From: Ginglymostoma cirratum
Taxonomy: Eukaryota
NCBI GenBank assembly: GCA_024137785.1
Contig: JAHRHZ010000018.1
Span: 52,149,260-52,213,259, forward strand
DNA: 64,000 bases
Direction: 5' to 3'
Shown here piece by piece: positions 38,119 to 50,099 of the stretch. The notes beneath the pieces were generated by a model. It made no database searches, was not told the origin of the DNA, and saw only the letters and a list, made by a program, of their open reading frames with translations. Positions within the stretch are counted from its first letter, which is position 1. Every line of letters starts with the position of its first letter. The translations under genes and the position numbers were made by a program.

Positions 38119-41071
38119 CTTTCCTGCTCCTATGATGCTGCTTGGCCTGCTGTGTTCATCCAGCTCCACACCTTGTTATCTCAGATTCTCCAGCATCTGC
38201 AGTACCTATTATCTCTGATATAATTTTAACCCCTCCCCTTCCCACTATAGTCTGCCACAGACACGTGCCCATCCCACCAACCTAACACCCTGCTCTGATC
38301 AGACCCGATCACCATACATCCCAATCGCTATAAACACTACATCATTTACTGATCACCCCCTCCTTGCCACCTTACATCCTACCCATCCGGTACCCTAAGC
38401 CCTTACTACCTTACGTACGTATAGTTTGACAGCAGTTGTCAAAGTGGCTGGCCGTGATTTAGGACCTTCAAAGAAAACAAGAAGGCAGCTGCAAAAGGGG
38501 TGTGGTTTACATTCTGCATGAAACACATCTGCGCGAAATTGCTCCTCCCCGGAAACCTGACCCAATATCTGCTTTTTAAAGCCTGTTTGCAGGTCAAGAC
38601 TTAACATTTTCTCTGTATTGACTTTGAGGGCTACAAATCTGTCTCATTTACTCCAAGAGAAATCACAAGTTTGAAATCAAAATGAGGGTCCTTTCAGTTG
38701 CACACAATTTATGACTATCTATAAGCTCTGCACCAGAGTACACATTATTATTTGACACTGTCCACATTATTCTCAACCTATGTAACTCAAGAAAATAAAG
38801 TAAAAGCGTACTGAACGGTAACCAAAATGCCTGGTTACGTTTTCCACTCACGCGCCCAATAAATTCAACACATTGGGAATTCTATAACTTAAGTCTTCAA
38901 TAGTCATTGAAGCTACTCCTAAAACATATATATGTATATGTTACATTTGTTGCCTCATCGGATGGGTGCACCATTCAAATTTTCCTAATGGTTTAGCACA
39001 AAGTTAAGCACTAATTCCTAGCCTGCAGCAAGTTAACAAAAGACTTTTGAGTCAGCAGTATAAACATTTACAAATTGTCCTCAAACTTATTTTAAGTTGT
39101 AATTCTCCCTACAGTGGAACAGGCTGCTGGCATGAAATGTTTCACCACTTGGGCAAAGGAAGAACTGACAGCTCCTGAGCACCAGTCAATATTTCAGGTG
39201 TGGGGTTCACATTCGGAAAATGAATGCAGCAAACTCTAGTTTAAAAATGTTTTCTCCACCTCCATCCCTTTGCCCACCTCACCCCACCAATCTGTCATTC
39301 CATATGTCAAAGTTCCTGGGCACTGCAGTATTTAGAGTAAATCTACACGACTTAATAAAGACTATAGCTGATTTAGAACGGTCTGGATTTAAAAGAAAAT
39401 TCTAAAATCAATTTGTTAAATAGTTTAATCAATGACAAATTAAATAAAGGATCTGTCATCATGCCAGCAGGTATTGGCACAGCACAAAGCTGTGCACACA
39501 CTGGACCCAGTCATTCAGATCCTGTTCTACAGGAAACAGCTGATGTTAAGCTAACAAAACAAACACTGAAGTGGACTTCAGATCTTCAACTGAGCAATTA
39601 ATATACATGCTGGCCAAAATGTACCATCCATGCAACCCAGGATATCTTCCCCAGCTATAGTTTGGAATGTACAAATAACCACAAAGTAGTAATGTTTTGA
39701 TGTATATTAATGTTTTATTTCAAGTTTTACGGTTTCTTCCATTGAACATTCTATCACTACAGCGTGGAATGATCAATTTCATTTGAGATTCCATCCTCCC
39801 ACGCCATACATTATTCTCTAATTGTTCCTCAAAAGATGCTCATTGGCTCAAATAAACTACAGCAGTAATTTCATTCTCAATACCACCATTATCAGCAAAT
39901 TCAGTAATAGTTTAAGTAGGACCTAATACTCAGAGTATTCAGTTATAGAAGGTAGTGAAGATTACGATATTAAATCCTGGGAGTCACAGAATTCCCGTGC
40001 AGAATGAGCATTACAATTAAGTGGTTGAAAGTAGCTAAACTTCACAACTAGCTTATTCTTCTATTTACCCTATCTTCCTCTCCACCCACTCCCATTGCAC
40101 CACCGAGTTTACACTGTGTATCCCAGAACGAAGCTGAACCTCAACTCAGCAAAACACCAAGATGGCCAGCCAAACTCACTAACCAATGGTCTGATAATAT
40201 AGGAATGCAAACTGCAGTGCTCCGTAAAGAGAACTGTTGGGGTAGTCAGGTTACTTCTTCCCTCCCCCTCAATCTCCTTGTTTATGATTTAAAAGATGTT
40301 GTGATTATGTCCACGAAACTGACTTATTTATAACCAATATTATAAATCCTACAGAAAGCAGGATTTTCAACCACAGAAAGCATGAAGAAACACATGCCCA
40401 GTGAAGACTAATCTTATTATCAATGCCAGGAGATGGTTACCACAAGATTGCAAAAGCCATAGATCTCTGTCAATCAATCCAACACAAATAAAAAGGAAAA
40501 ATAAAACCAACTGACAGAACACTTCTTTAAGAAGACACATCTTATAACCTCTTCAGATCCCTGCACTATCCAATCATGGCCTTCGAGTATCCCGGTTTAA
40601 TTGCTCCATCACTGGGTCTCCACCAATATAATTGATTTATATTTCATTTAATTTCAACTAACTCAGATAAAACATAAATTTAACAAAACATAGTCACAGT
40701 TAATATCATAAATAACAAATGAAAGTAGCATTTACTTGGGTAAAATGTGTCTCCTTTACTTTTGCATTTTGGTATGCATTTTCCACCAGCATCAATTTTT
40801 CAAGTACAGCCTCTTAGAATTTTGATTACTTATCCTTTGACTGTTTTGCCACGCTCTTTGATGTATGATTATATGACAAAAGAATGAAACAAATACCTGA
40901 AACACAATAAACATTACAAATTTTAGTCCATCTGGCACATTAATACTGAGAGAGCAGAGTAAGGCTTCTGTTGCTTTAAATTTGAAAGAAAACGTAATAG
41001 CTTGTTAAGTAACCAGAAATGGAATTTTAAAAAAACTACAAACTTAGTAGCTGTAACAATTACAACTAGTT

Positions 41072-41282
41072 ACAAACACAGAAATTACTAGATAAACTCA
41101 GCAGATCTCCAGTATCTATGAAAAGAAATATAGGAGTTAATGTTTCAAGTCTGGTATAAGTCATTCAAGACTTGAAATGTTAACATTATTTCTCTCCATA
41201 GATGCTGCCAGATCTGCTGACCGTCTCAAGCATTCTGTGTTTGTATCAAATTCCCAACATCCACAGTATTTTGCTTTCATTA
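41072..41282. mobile_element. old inverted pair of 3' ends from a third PLE family
   Basis: Arms pair across about 41155 (GTTAATGTTTCAAGTCT 41136-41152 with AGACTTGAAATGTTAAC 41168-41184; CAGCAGATCT with AGATCTGCTG); probable TSD ACAA[C/T]TAGTT at 41062-41071 and 41283-41292. Confidence 0.65.
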
Positions 41283-41742
41283 ACAATTAGTTTCTTGTCA
41301 CTTTGAGAAATAGAATCTCCACTTATCAAGCTGTACGTAAGGAACTAAAATTCAAAGCTTCACTCTTCTTTAACTCAGTATTTTTGTTTGTAAATCTAAA
41401 TAAGTTGGACAAACAATAACTTTTACAATTATATAAAATAAACTGCTTCACAACTCTACCTTTGCTCTCCTGAAAGTTTAGTTCAGCTTATTTCATTGCC
41501 CCTTAAATAATTGACTCTCTGCATTCTTATACGAAGTTAGCATTGCCCTGTCACCATGCAGGGTTTCTCTTGAAATCTTCTCAACAGAAGAGAATTTCCT
41601 CATGTTTTTGTTGGAAGAATTTTCTACACTCAGTCTTGTAAATACTGCAAATATGTCAAAGAAACAGAATTAGTGCCCCTACAGAGGTTTGAAACTTTCA
41701 TTATTAAAACAGGTCCTATCTGTCCTTTGTTACAATTAAGTA

Positions 41743-41940
41743 GATCACAGAATCCCTACAATGTGGAAACAGGCCCTTCGGCCCAACAAGTCCACACTGA
41801 CCATCAGTGCATCCTACCCAGACCCATTCTCTATAACTCCCTAATCTACACATCCCTGAACACTACAAGCAATTTAGCACTGCCAATCCACCTAAACTGC
41901 ACATCTTTGGACTGTGGGAGGAAACAAGAGCACATGGAGT
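41743..41940 (-). mobile_element. HE1-type V-SINE, truncated
   Basis: CACAGAATCCCTACAATGTGGAAACAGGCCCTTCGGCCCAAC tail and CACATCTTTGGACTGTGGGAGGAAAC V-domain-like block, recognised from recall. Confidence 0.75.
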
Positions 41941-42707
41941 GAGGAATTGTCAAATTGGTCGCCTCTTCTCCCATTCCTCATTTGACTTTGATGTTTTTAG
42001 AATATTTGCCAATTCAGTGAGCGTTTAACTAGCGACGTTAATTTAAAGAAAGGTAGATTTTTTTAAGTTTACAAAAAAGAACAAAGGATTGTTTTTGTTT
42101 GTACTTAATCTAGTCTAAGTAAAATAATTTTAAAGCATCCAACTTCCTCATACGCAGAAACTCTTGAAGTTCATGCTCACATAAATAAATTAGAGTGCAA
42201 GGTAAATCAAGCAATTTAGTGTCCAGTAAAATTAAAAGCACCTTGAAGGTTGGATTTGGCTGCTTCAACTGACCAATGACCTAACATTTAGTCATGGCTA
42301 ATGCATTCTAGTTGTCTGACTTACATTATGTGATTATTTCCGAAAACACTTGTTTCAGAGTCAGTGTTCTATTGTACGAGTGATTATGTCTAATGGTTTG
42401 CCTTCACCCAGTTTTGTATCCAAAATTTCTCCTAATAGTTCACTAACAGTTTAGGAGATGGTGTCCATTCATTTTCCTCCAAGCTAATGATTCTTGATGC
42501 AGCTATGGGGACAGGTTACCTCCATTTCAAATGTGCAAATGTGAGGCCGTCTGACTGAGACTGCAAAATATTAGAATGTGGTTTTAGTCTTTTTAAAAAT
42601 CAGTTAGGGGTCTCCAGCCAACATATTCATAAGTCATTGATCATAAAGCATCACCAACATTTCTGCAATAGCAATTGATGATATCCAATAGAAATGAAAA
42701 TTAAAAT

Positions 42708-42835
42708 TGGTCTGAAGAAAAGTTATTGGACTCGAAACATTAACTTTGTTTCTTTTTCCACATATCTGCTGGGTTTCTAAAGCACGTTTTGTTTTTATTT
42801 CTGATTTCCAGCATCTGCAGGACCTTGCTTTTATT
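42708..42835 (+). mobile_element. old PLE 3' end (third family) with decayed hammerhead
   Basis: CTGAAGA-A-AAGTT ATT GGACTC-GAAAC-ATT-AAC (42712-42744), then tail ...GATTTCCAGCATCTGCAG shared with the young PLE terminus. Confidence 0.65.
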
Positions 42836-44089
42836 GAAATGGAAAAACAAGTTAACTTGCTGTAGGATGGTTAAATCACTCCAATGTTTGAGGGGTGAAA
42901 GCTTTCAGAAGTTTACATAAACTTTCTTATTTTTGTTAGTGAAGAACTGTGTGATATCATCACCACCGTAAAGTGATGCACAAAAAAGACATACTGAAAC
43001 AAATTGTGACAATGCATTCACAAGCAAAGCCAGAAAATGGTTTGTACTTTTTGATAGATCATGCACCTTCAAATATTTTACAGGAACAAAAAAAACAAAA
43101 AACAAAAAATGCCTACCAATGCACAGAATAAGAAAAGGTATAGATAGGACCTCTGGCAGACATAGACAAATCATAGGCACTGGTGTCAAGAAGATAGAAT
43201 CATAAGTGTTCAAGTGAATGTAAGATAGCTGTGGGAAGTAGGGGTTAACAATAGGAAAGCAGGAGAAATAAAATGGAGATGCCTAGCAATGGCACAGAGA
43301 AAAACATCTGTACAGAGACACAGTGTTAAACTTTCCCGGTTGGGTCAGAATGTTAGTGTCAGTTCCAATTAAGATGCTGTATACAGAAGCCTGATTCAAT
43401 AAGGGATAGTAGGCTGACTAGGCAACCAGAAGGCCCAAAAGAATGGTGAGAAGCAATGGCCAGCTGGCAAACCCAGCAGGAGGGGGGTGCTGCCGAGAAA
43501 GACAGGAGACTATGAGGGGACGTAAAAATGATGGCACTCTCTACAGCATTGGAAAAAAATTAAAAATCCATGTGGGCAGTCAATGGGAAGGAGGAGCTGC
43601 TCTACAAAAGGTGGCTTGCAGGTGTCATCATAACAACTGAATTGCAGCAGCTCTGTGATGGGTGATGGACTCAAGACATGATGGTGCTCCTGAGCTGGCT
43701 ATCACCAGCAGGGAGACTGGACTAACTTCAGGAAAATCACAGTAGTGTTCTCGCTGTTCCCTCAAATGGAGCCTTAAATCGGGCTAACTGCCTATCCGTC
43801 TCTGCCAGTTGGGTAGCTAGTGCCAGACTGAGCTGCTACAGCAAAAGCACTCTGAGGTGGACCCAAACTGACACTTTCAGGACCTGCTTTCAGACCTATT
43901 TCCAACCACACCTCCAAGGGGAGGAAACTATTCAGCTCAAACAAACATATAAAGAGAGACAAATCGACCAAGTTCATGTGCAAACACAGCATGTACTCAT
44001 ACCGCTTTTCCATGCACAATATTTTTACGCAGACATTACTGAATTTAAAGATAGCAGGAACTGCAGATGCTGGGGAATCTGAGATAACA

Positions 44090-44489
44090 NNNNNNNNNNN
44101 NNNNNNNNNNNNNNNNNNNNNNNNNNNNNNNNNNNNNNNNNNNNNNNNNNNNNNNNNNNNNNNNNNNNNNNNNNNNNNNNNNNNNNNNNNNNNNNNNNNN
44201 NNNNNNNNNNNNNNNNNNNNNNNNNNNNNNNNNNNNNNNNNNNNNNNNNNNNNNNNNNNNNNNNNNNNNNNNNNNNNNNNNNNNNNNNNNNNNNNNNNNN
44301 NNNNNNNNNNNNNNNNNNNNNNNNNNNNNNNNNNNNNNNNNNNNNNNNNNNNNNNNNNNNNNNNNNNNNNNNNNNNNNNNNNNNNNNNNNNNNNNNNNNN
44401 NNNNNNNNNNNNNNNNNNNNNNNNNNNNNNNNNNNNNNNNNNNNNNNNNNNNNNNNNNNNNNNNNNNNNNNNNNNNNNNNNNNNNNNNN
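44090..44489. other. assembly gap (400 N)
   Basis: Run of N. Confidence 1.
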
Positions 44490-44502
44490 AGACCCTTCTT
44501 CA

Positions 44503-44536
44503 TTTCTGAAGAAGGGTCTAGGCCCGAAACGTCAGC
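44503..44536 (+). ncRNA. minimal type I hammerhead ribozyme motif
   Basis: CTGAAGA(44506)-A-GGGT CTAG GCCC-GAAAC-GTC(44533); weak stem I. Confidence 0.75.
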
Positions 44537-45399
44537 CTTCCTGCTCCTCTGATGCTGCTTGGCCTGCTGTGTTCATCTAGCTCTGCACCCTGTTATCTCT
44601 GAATTTAAAGAAACAAGTTAACACCAAAGTAAAAAATACCTCAAGCAGGAATATAGCGTTGTGTAAACTGCACTGGTTGGAGCTATTGTCACAGTCAGAA
44701 AATAAATGCTATTTAGTTTCACTACTGATTCAACAAACATATGTGCTGAGCATTTCAGTAAGTAGATATAGGCTGGTTGTTTTCCCAGAAAGTTTGTGTA
44801 TCTTAGATGTCTATGAATTTGTTCAAATTCAGCAGTTTATTTTGTTAAGTGTTAAAACACCCCTGCTACTTTAATCATCAAAAAATTCTATATACCGATT
44901 ATAAAAGTCCTACGCTATAACCCCCCTTAAAAGATGTATTTCTTTCTGATTATTTGCTTCAAATTTCTTTACACTCCTTTTAATTCATTTGCCAAGGAGA
45001 GGTCTGATAAAGTTTGGTAAAATAATAGAAATTGGAAGAAGTAAAATACTTCCATCACATTTGATTAACATAATGTTACCACGACCATAGCTATGTACCC
45101 AAGCTTTGTTGAAATTTATTACTTAGTTTTTGATATGTATTATTTACTGATTGACAAACAGTTGCACAAACAGTACCTTCAGCAGCGGAGGTAATCAATG
45201 AACTAGCAATTAGCTATTAAGCAAAACTCCTATCTGATTTTTAAGCCTCACTCTTCCATTGACATCTTTGTAATCTATAAACTGGAGCAAGTGTGAAACA
45301 AGCTCAAGTATCACAAGTAAACAATTTCTAAGTCCTTATTAGAAAGAGGGCCATATTCATCAGGGAATGGTTCATTCAAAATATTTTCTTTCCTCTTCA

Positions 45400-46080
45400 T
45401 TGCAAGACTGTCAGGAGCCATTCAGTCCATCTAGCGCATTGTTCTACAGTGACCATCACGTCAGCCAAGTGACTCTCCAATAGTTGCAAAATTTTTACAT
45501 TTAGTATCCTGTTCAGAAAAACATTCCATGTGTTATTTATGTCTTTGTCAGGAACTATATCTTCAGACATTGATCCTGAACTTGCCTGTCCCAGTTCATA
45601 CCCATATTCCACTGTTGTGATTTAATTTGAAGGACTACCTTATTGGTCCATTGATCGTTCTACTTAACTCTATACAGAGTTTCCACCTCAGTCATCATTT
45701 TCTTCCACTATAGCTTGGAGGGGTAAAGTCCCATGGTTTTCTGATCTTTAATTATAACTCTGATCCTCTAACACAAGTCAGTCTTTGGGCCTTCTCTGCA
45801 CCATCTGAAGCACCTGGAAGTTTTTCTTATATCTCAATGATCAGGGCAGCACATTAGATATTATCAAGATGTAGCCCAACAACTAAAAAAAAAACAACTT
45901 CTTTAGCACAGTGGTCTCAGATATCCACCCTACTAACTTGACAGTATATCTAAGTGTTCTGCTTGCATTATTAATTGCTACTCTGTGATTGGATACAGTC
46001 AATGTTCAACTCCAGACAGTCTTTAGGTTGTCAACACGTTCTGAGCTTGAGTCCGTTCACAAGTTGATTGTATGCAAGTC
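45400..46080 (-). mobile_element. degraded CR1 3' region
   Basis: GGAGCCATTCAGTCCATC tail-like block and GCCTTCTCTGCACCATCTG (reverse of a VQRR-type RT C-terminal motif). Confidence 0.55.
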
Positions 46081-46218
46081 AGAACACAATGCAGTTCAAT
46101 ATAAAATAGTCATTCATAAGTTCAGGAAACGTTCATATGTTGGATTTTTTAAATTACACCCTTTAACAGATCAGATTCATAAGTCAGATGTTTGTAAGTG
46201 GGGAACTCTGTATTACAC

Positions 46219-47086
46219 TGAATTATGACAAAAGGTATGTACGTTGCATATTTTAACATCATTTCGGGAATTTGGATTTCAAAATAGAAACAGCTGGATG
46301 TTGGTTACTTCTGTGAAGGGTTTTTCTTTTAAATTAATTCAGAGAATCTTTCCAGGATAGTGATCTAAATCTCACATTTGTCAGGAAGCAGGTGACAACA
46401 GGCCCCTGTATTGTAATGGAAAGATGTTTATACTGTTGTGTTTAAGACAGGTGGGTTAAATATATAAGATAATTAGTTTTGTTTTCAATTGAGAAGAACC
46501 TAGGATTAGCAAGTTTTGTTTATGAAATTTTGGTTAAATTCAGTTTGGAAAACACCATAGTTGAGTTCAAAAGCAAGGTTAGATTCTTTCCGAGGAGGAG
46601 ATCAGGGAGCCAGCGACGGCAGGGTGAAACTGCCAAAATGCCAAACTAGGAGAGTTTGGCTAGAAATCTGCAAGTTTAGGCTCTCAGATTTTTGAAATAT
46701 TAATGACGGCAGCCTTTAAAACGTCTCATCAAATTGTGTCTGCAGTCTGTAACAAAGAGGTCCATTAAGTAGAAACTAACAGGAGTTAAAATAGTGTGTA
46801 TTTTTTTTCTGGACTTAAATCTCTGTAAATGGATGGGATCAGGTTGAAACTTTTATTTTGTTGTGTCTTTTATGCTAAGATATGTCTAAATTCTAGATTT
46901 AGATAGGTTTATTATTTCGTGTAATAAACCTCTGTTCTGTCAATAGCAAAAAATCAGCAGCAATATTTGATGTGTCTCAGTAACGAAGCAGCGCGTTAAT
47001 GTGTGAAACAAAACAAATATATGATCTATGAAGCCAGGTTTTATTGTGGGATGTGACGTCTTCAATCATATCATGAGATCATAGCA
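46219..47086 (+). mobile_element. possible solo LTR
   Basis: T-rich block with TG...CA ends and AATAAA near 46923; TSD not clean; recognised only by general resemblance. Confidence 0.35.
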
Positions 47087-48284
47087 CACGTCTCTTTCAG
47101 CCTCATTCCTACCTGTTCAACATGATTCATTTCTTCTTCTCAAGTTCACTGCCTGAAGGCTATTTAGCCACCATAGACTGCCCCTTTCTCTGGCAATATG
47201 CATTTTTGTATGATTTTTGTGGCCTGGAGCTAGGAACAGCGAGGGTAGAAGCTTCATTTTACTTTCCTTTACATATGACCAAGGAACTGTCCTGCTCTTA
47301 CTGTCTGTCACTGACATATTGGAAAGATTTGCAGGTTGATGCTCAGCCTGTTTGGCTGTGTTATGAATGCATCTTCCTTTGTCATCAAGTACTGGAGCAG
47401 AACTTGAACCCCAGGGGTAGGGACACAAATCACTGCACCACAAGCTTTCCCATTTACTTTGCATATCCAAATGATTTGTTCCAATTTAATATTTTGCATT
47501 GAACTCTATCCATCATATGGCTCTTCTTGCTTTCAAATTACGTCCAGGACCTTTTGTAAATTCTTGATTGCTTTAAAATACCCTATAAATCACCCCATCC
47601 CCCAAACAAATTTAGCATGACGTGGCAATCCAACCAATTTATAATACACAGTATTTACATAAAAACAAAAATGGAAGAACTCAACTCTCCTTGAGACATT
47701 CCATTAATGAATCGATTCCCCCCTGTCATCCTTTAGGATACTCAGTCTCAATCCCTACCCAATACTGAACTACAGTTTTATAAATTCTAGGCCTAGTCAG
47801 AGGTTTAGGACCTCCGTGTAACTACAGCCATCACAGAGTTATCAGTTGTAATTTTATGACTCCACATTACAGGTGGGGCAATTCAAAAATTGTGGGAGGA
47901 CTCTACCTATGGTCTTCTAACAATTAAACTGAATAGTTGGACAATTGTGGGCCATACAGTTCCAAGTTTACAAACAGTGTGCGCTTAGAGGCAGAATAAC
48001 TTTTCTTATGGGATTAAAAAAAAAATCATAATTTATCCCCTGTACAAAAAGGACAGTTTGGTTAAGTTTCAGACGCAGATCAATCAGGACCCAACTGAAT
48101 GGCAGAGCACGTTGTATTGGAGGTGGGGGGGTGGCGAACGATCTACTTCTGTTCCTTGTACTATAAACACTAATTTAAAGCTGTCTGACAGCATTGTTTT
48201 AAAACTGGTCACATTTTCATTGGAAGGAAAAATGAATAAGTGAATTCTATGTAGCAGCACCAATTAAAAAAAAGATTAGCAACA

Positions 48285-48385
48285 AGGACTTTGAAAGGTG
48301 TGGAGGAGTTGAGTGAGAAGATCTTATTAAATGGTGGAATAGGCTGGAGGGTCTGAATAGCCTTCTCTGGGTGCTCTTATATTCT
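48285..48385 (+). mobile_element. CR1 3' tail
   Basis: GATCTTATTAAATGGTGGAATAGGCTGGAGGGTCTGAATAGCCTTCTC...TCTTATATTCTT. Confidence 0.7.
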
Positions 48386-50099
48386 TTTCTTCTGGATATC
48401 ATTTATTTCAAGCAGGAAGCTGAAAACATCTGTTTCCCAGAGGGTCCCAGCAGCTTACCGGTCAATCACCTGCCCACATTTTTTGTGTTTAAAATAAGCA
48501 CTGTGATGCAACTCTGCAACATGCAACATGCAACAGTTGTGTCTGTACATACCTACTGTGCAATGAATCATTACTATTAACTGTCCTTTCATTAGGTTTT
48601 CAAAAATATTCTTTATTTGAACCTTTTTTGCAAGAAGTGCTTTGTAAGGCAACCCGTAGACCAAAACAGCAACAAAAAGAATCTTGAGACAAATTCTACC
48701 CCTTCTCTCCAACGTCGAACAATTTTGAAAAAACAATTTAAATTACCTGTCCCCAACAAGAAAAAGGTTTCGAGTGACAGATTTCTAAAAGATTCATATT
48801 AAGTGTCTAATTTTCTTTTCTTTTAGATTAAAGCATCAGTCATGGCACCCTATATTTGCTGGTGCTAGGTTACATTTCCATGGCAGCTGTTCTTTTGTCT
48901 ACCCTCAGTGAAGCCAAACCAGCCTAAAATTTCATTTAATCTGCTGTAAACCAAGTGTCAGGCACTTAAATGGCAGCTAAAAGGGCCACTTTCAGATAAC
49001 TGACTGACACTTGCTAATAATAGCTATATGTGCCGAGAGCAGGAGCAGATATTTTGTGAAACCAAAGAGGAACCTGAATATGGGATGCATTAGACAGGTC
49101 AGTTTGAACTTCTTAACAAGCAAAAAAGCAGCATCCCCAAATAGCCACCCTAAGAACTGTTATTATCAGCAGTGACCTTTCTAGCTCTTTACACTAGTGC
49201 TTTTGATTTTGTGGCTGGGGGAAGGGGCAGTGAAATGAGAGAAGTAACAGTCCAATCTACAATTTCACAAGGTAAACTTTTCAACCATTGTTACAATAGA
49301 AGAGCAAATTATGTGGGATGAGAGTTTTAAATGTTCCCTCAAACTAAATATTTATTCGAAAGGAATCTGCATAAATTACAGAAACCATTTACTTTACAGC
49401 ACTGTACCAAATTAAGTTAACATTTTACAGCATACAAATAAAACTCATCATTTAATAATGCAAAATACACATTGTGGAAAATCCACAATAAATCTTAACC
49501 ATATCCTTTAACAGACACCTTCTTGGAGAAGTGGTAACAACACTGTTTGGAGATATCCATAGAGAAAGGCCCTGTAGGATACTGCAGCTTGAAGTGAAAC
49601 AGTGGCCCCACCAGCAGAGACTTTGATCACCAAACAGGTCATCAACCTGAAAGTTGGTAATGCTGCCACATTTGTACAACACTGACAAACATTTAATTAG
49701 CACCTTTGCGTACAAAATTGTAGTCAGTACTGCTGAAAAGGATGAGACCAATCTAAAACCATTCACTCCTTGTGCCATGATTCAGAAATCTAGGCATTGG
49801 GAGTAACATTTCTTTGGCTAGCGATCTTCTTCTCGAAAATTAAGGAAGTTCTTACTTTAACAAATACACAAGGAGAAGTCTTGTGTTTGTGCAAGGAGTA
49901 CAGTCAACTCTTAACTCTTATATTTATGCAGAGGAATCTGTTCATTAAGAGGTCACAGTTACTGTCCTGCAGAATAGAAGAACATTTACACGCCCTAATA
50001 CATTCCATGCTGTACCAAACAACAGCAGAAACAATAAATAAATTTTGCTTCCATACTGAAAATGTGGTAGCCAATCTGCAGAAAGTATAAGCGACAGAC

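Larger units (their letters stand above)
37836..38228. mobile_element. head-to-head inverted pair of PLE 3' ends inserted as one unit
   Basis: Minus arm 37836-38052, linker CGAGCAG, plus arm 38060-38215; 16-bp TSD ACCCCTCCCCTTCCCA at 37820-37835 and 38229-38244. Confidence 0.92.
35809..38563. mobile_element. MITE-like non-autonomous DNA element hosting two PLE insertions
   Basis: Imperfect terminal inverted repeats GGCCCAGAATTTCC (35809-35822) and GGAAACCTGACCC (38551-38563); internal palindrome at 35954-36003. Confidence 0.45.
44052..44598. mobile_element. head-to-head inverted PLE 3'-end pair spanning an assembly gap
   Basis: 13-bp TSD CTGAATTTAAAGA at 44039-44051 and 44599-44611; left arm on minus, right arm on plus. 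Confidence 0.88.

Noticed and set aside
43976-44509. ORFs containing long X runs (also 62966-63304)
   Set aside because: Artefacts of N gaps
49630-49660. AGGTCATCAACCTGAAAG, resembling hammerhead stem II plus GAAA
   Set aside because: No properly spaced CTGANGA box or cleavage triplet; too decayed to call
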